The notes under the pieces: model-generated
What the model was told of the DNA's origin: nothing
Database searches by the model: none
Seen by the model: the letters and a program-made list of their open reading frames with translations, nothing else
Made by a program: the position numbers and the translations under genes
In this document: piece after piece, positions 47,868-48,298 of the stretch
Layout of the letters: every line of letters begins with the position of its first letter
Numbering within the stretch: the stretch's first letter is position 1
Assembly (NCBI GenBank): GCA_013239625.1
Contig: MU054027.1
Coordinates: forward strand, 1 to 48,298
DNA: 48,298 nt
Source of the DNA: Lama guanicoe
Taxonomy: Eukaryota
Direction: 5' to 3'

Positions 47868-48298
47868 GTGAGCAGTCTTTGGGCCCACAAAGAAGGACCC
47901 CATCTTCACAGAATAGAGCGGGATTGTATGGGGTCTGGGGCTGAGGAGGAGCCAACAGGCACCTGGCCCTCACACATCTGTTGATTTTCATGGAAGAGCT
48001 GAGGTCTGGGACCTTCCCCTGCAGAAGCAAATGAGTCAAAGGGAGTTGTGCATGAGGTCCTGGACTCTCTGGGAAGCAGCAGGGGAGAGGCAGGTTCAGT
48101 TGACCCCTGAGAGATTCATTCTCTCCACAGTCCCACCTCATTTGACTCACCCTCTCCATACCCATCCCTTATGACCACCACACAGGGGCCCAGAACAGGA
48201 GGCATGGGGAGCAGCCTGCTCACCAAAATGTCAAAGTCAGTCCTGACGCTCATGTGCATGGACCATGGGGTAGGCTCTGTCCAGGACCTTGGGGAGAA

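Overview
Mammalian genomic DNA, almost certainly camelid (three vic-1-type tRNA-derived SINEs). It is AT-rich and repeat-rich, with four N gaps (3257-3496, 13812-13901, 24510-25111, 37683-37782). No intact protein-coding gene is evident. The window is a mosaic of decayed, intron-containing gene fragments. (1) 1812-13285 (-): five TLL1 exons (CUB1-CUB2-EGF1) carrying stops, frameshifts and broken splice sites. (2) ~14990-40215 (-): nine exon-like segments bounded by splice signals, whose fragmentary translations follow in order the tandem TEX15-domain region of TEX15. This is a candidate undescribed, multi-intron TEX15 paralogue pseudogene, based on weak by-eye similarity to a recalled sequence. 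(3) Two unidentified plus-strand coding exons interleaved antisense to it. (4) A JMY CpG-island promoter and truncated exon 1 inserted at ~26840-28000, giving a 170-aa ORF that keeps the LC3-interacting motif. (5) A full-length PFN1 processed pseudogene with TSDs. (6) 42389-47867 (+): a RALGDS-like pseudogene with a tandemly duplicated exon and a 5'-inverted L1 in an intron. Also present are L1, L2, MIR, Tigger, MER58 and ERVL/MaLR relics and an old 7SK retrocopy. All identifications come from reading and recall; no database searches were run.
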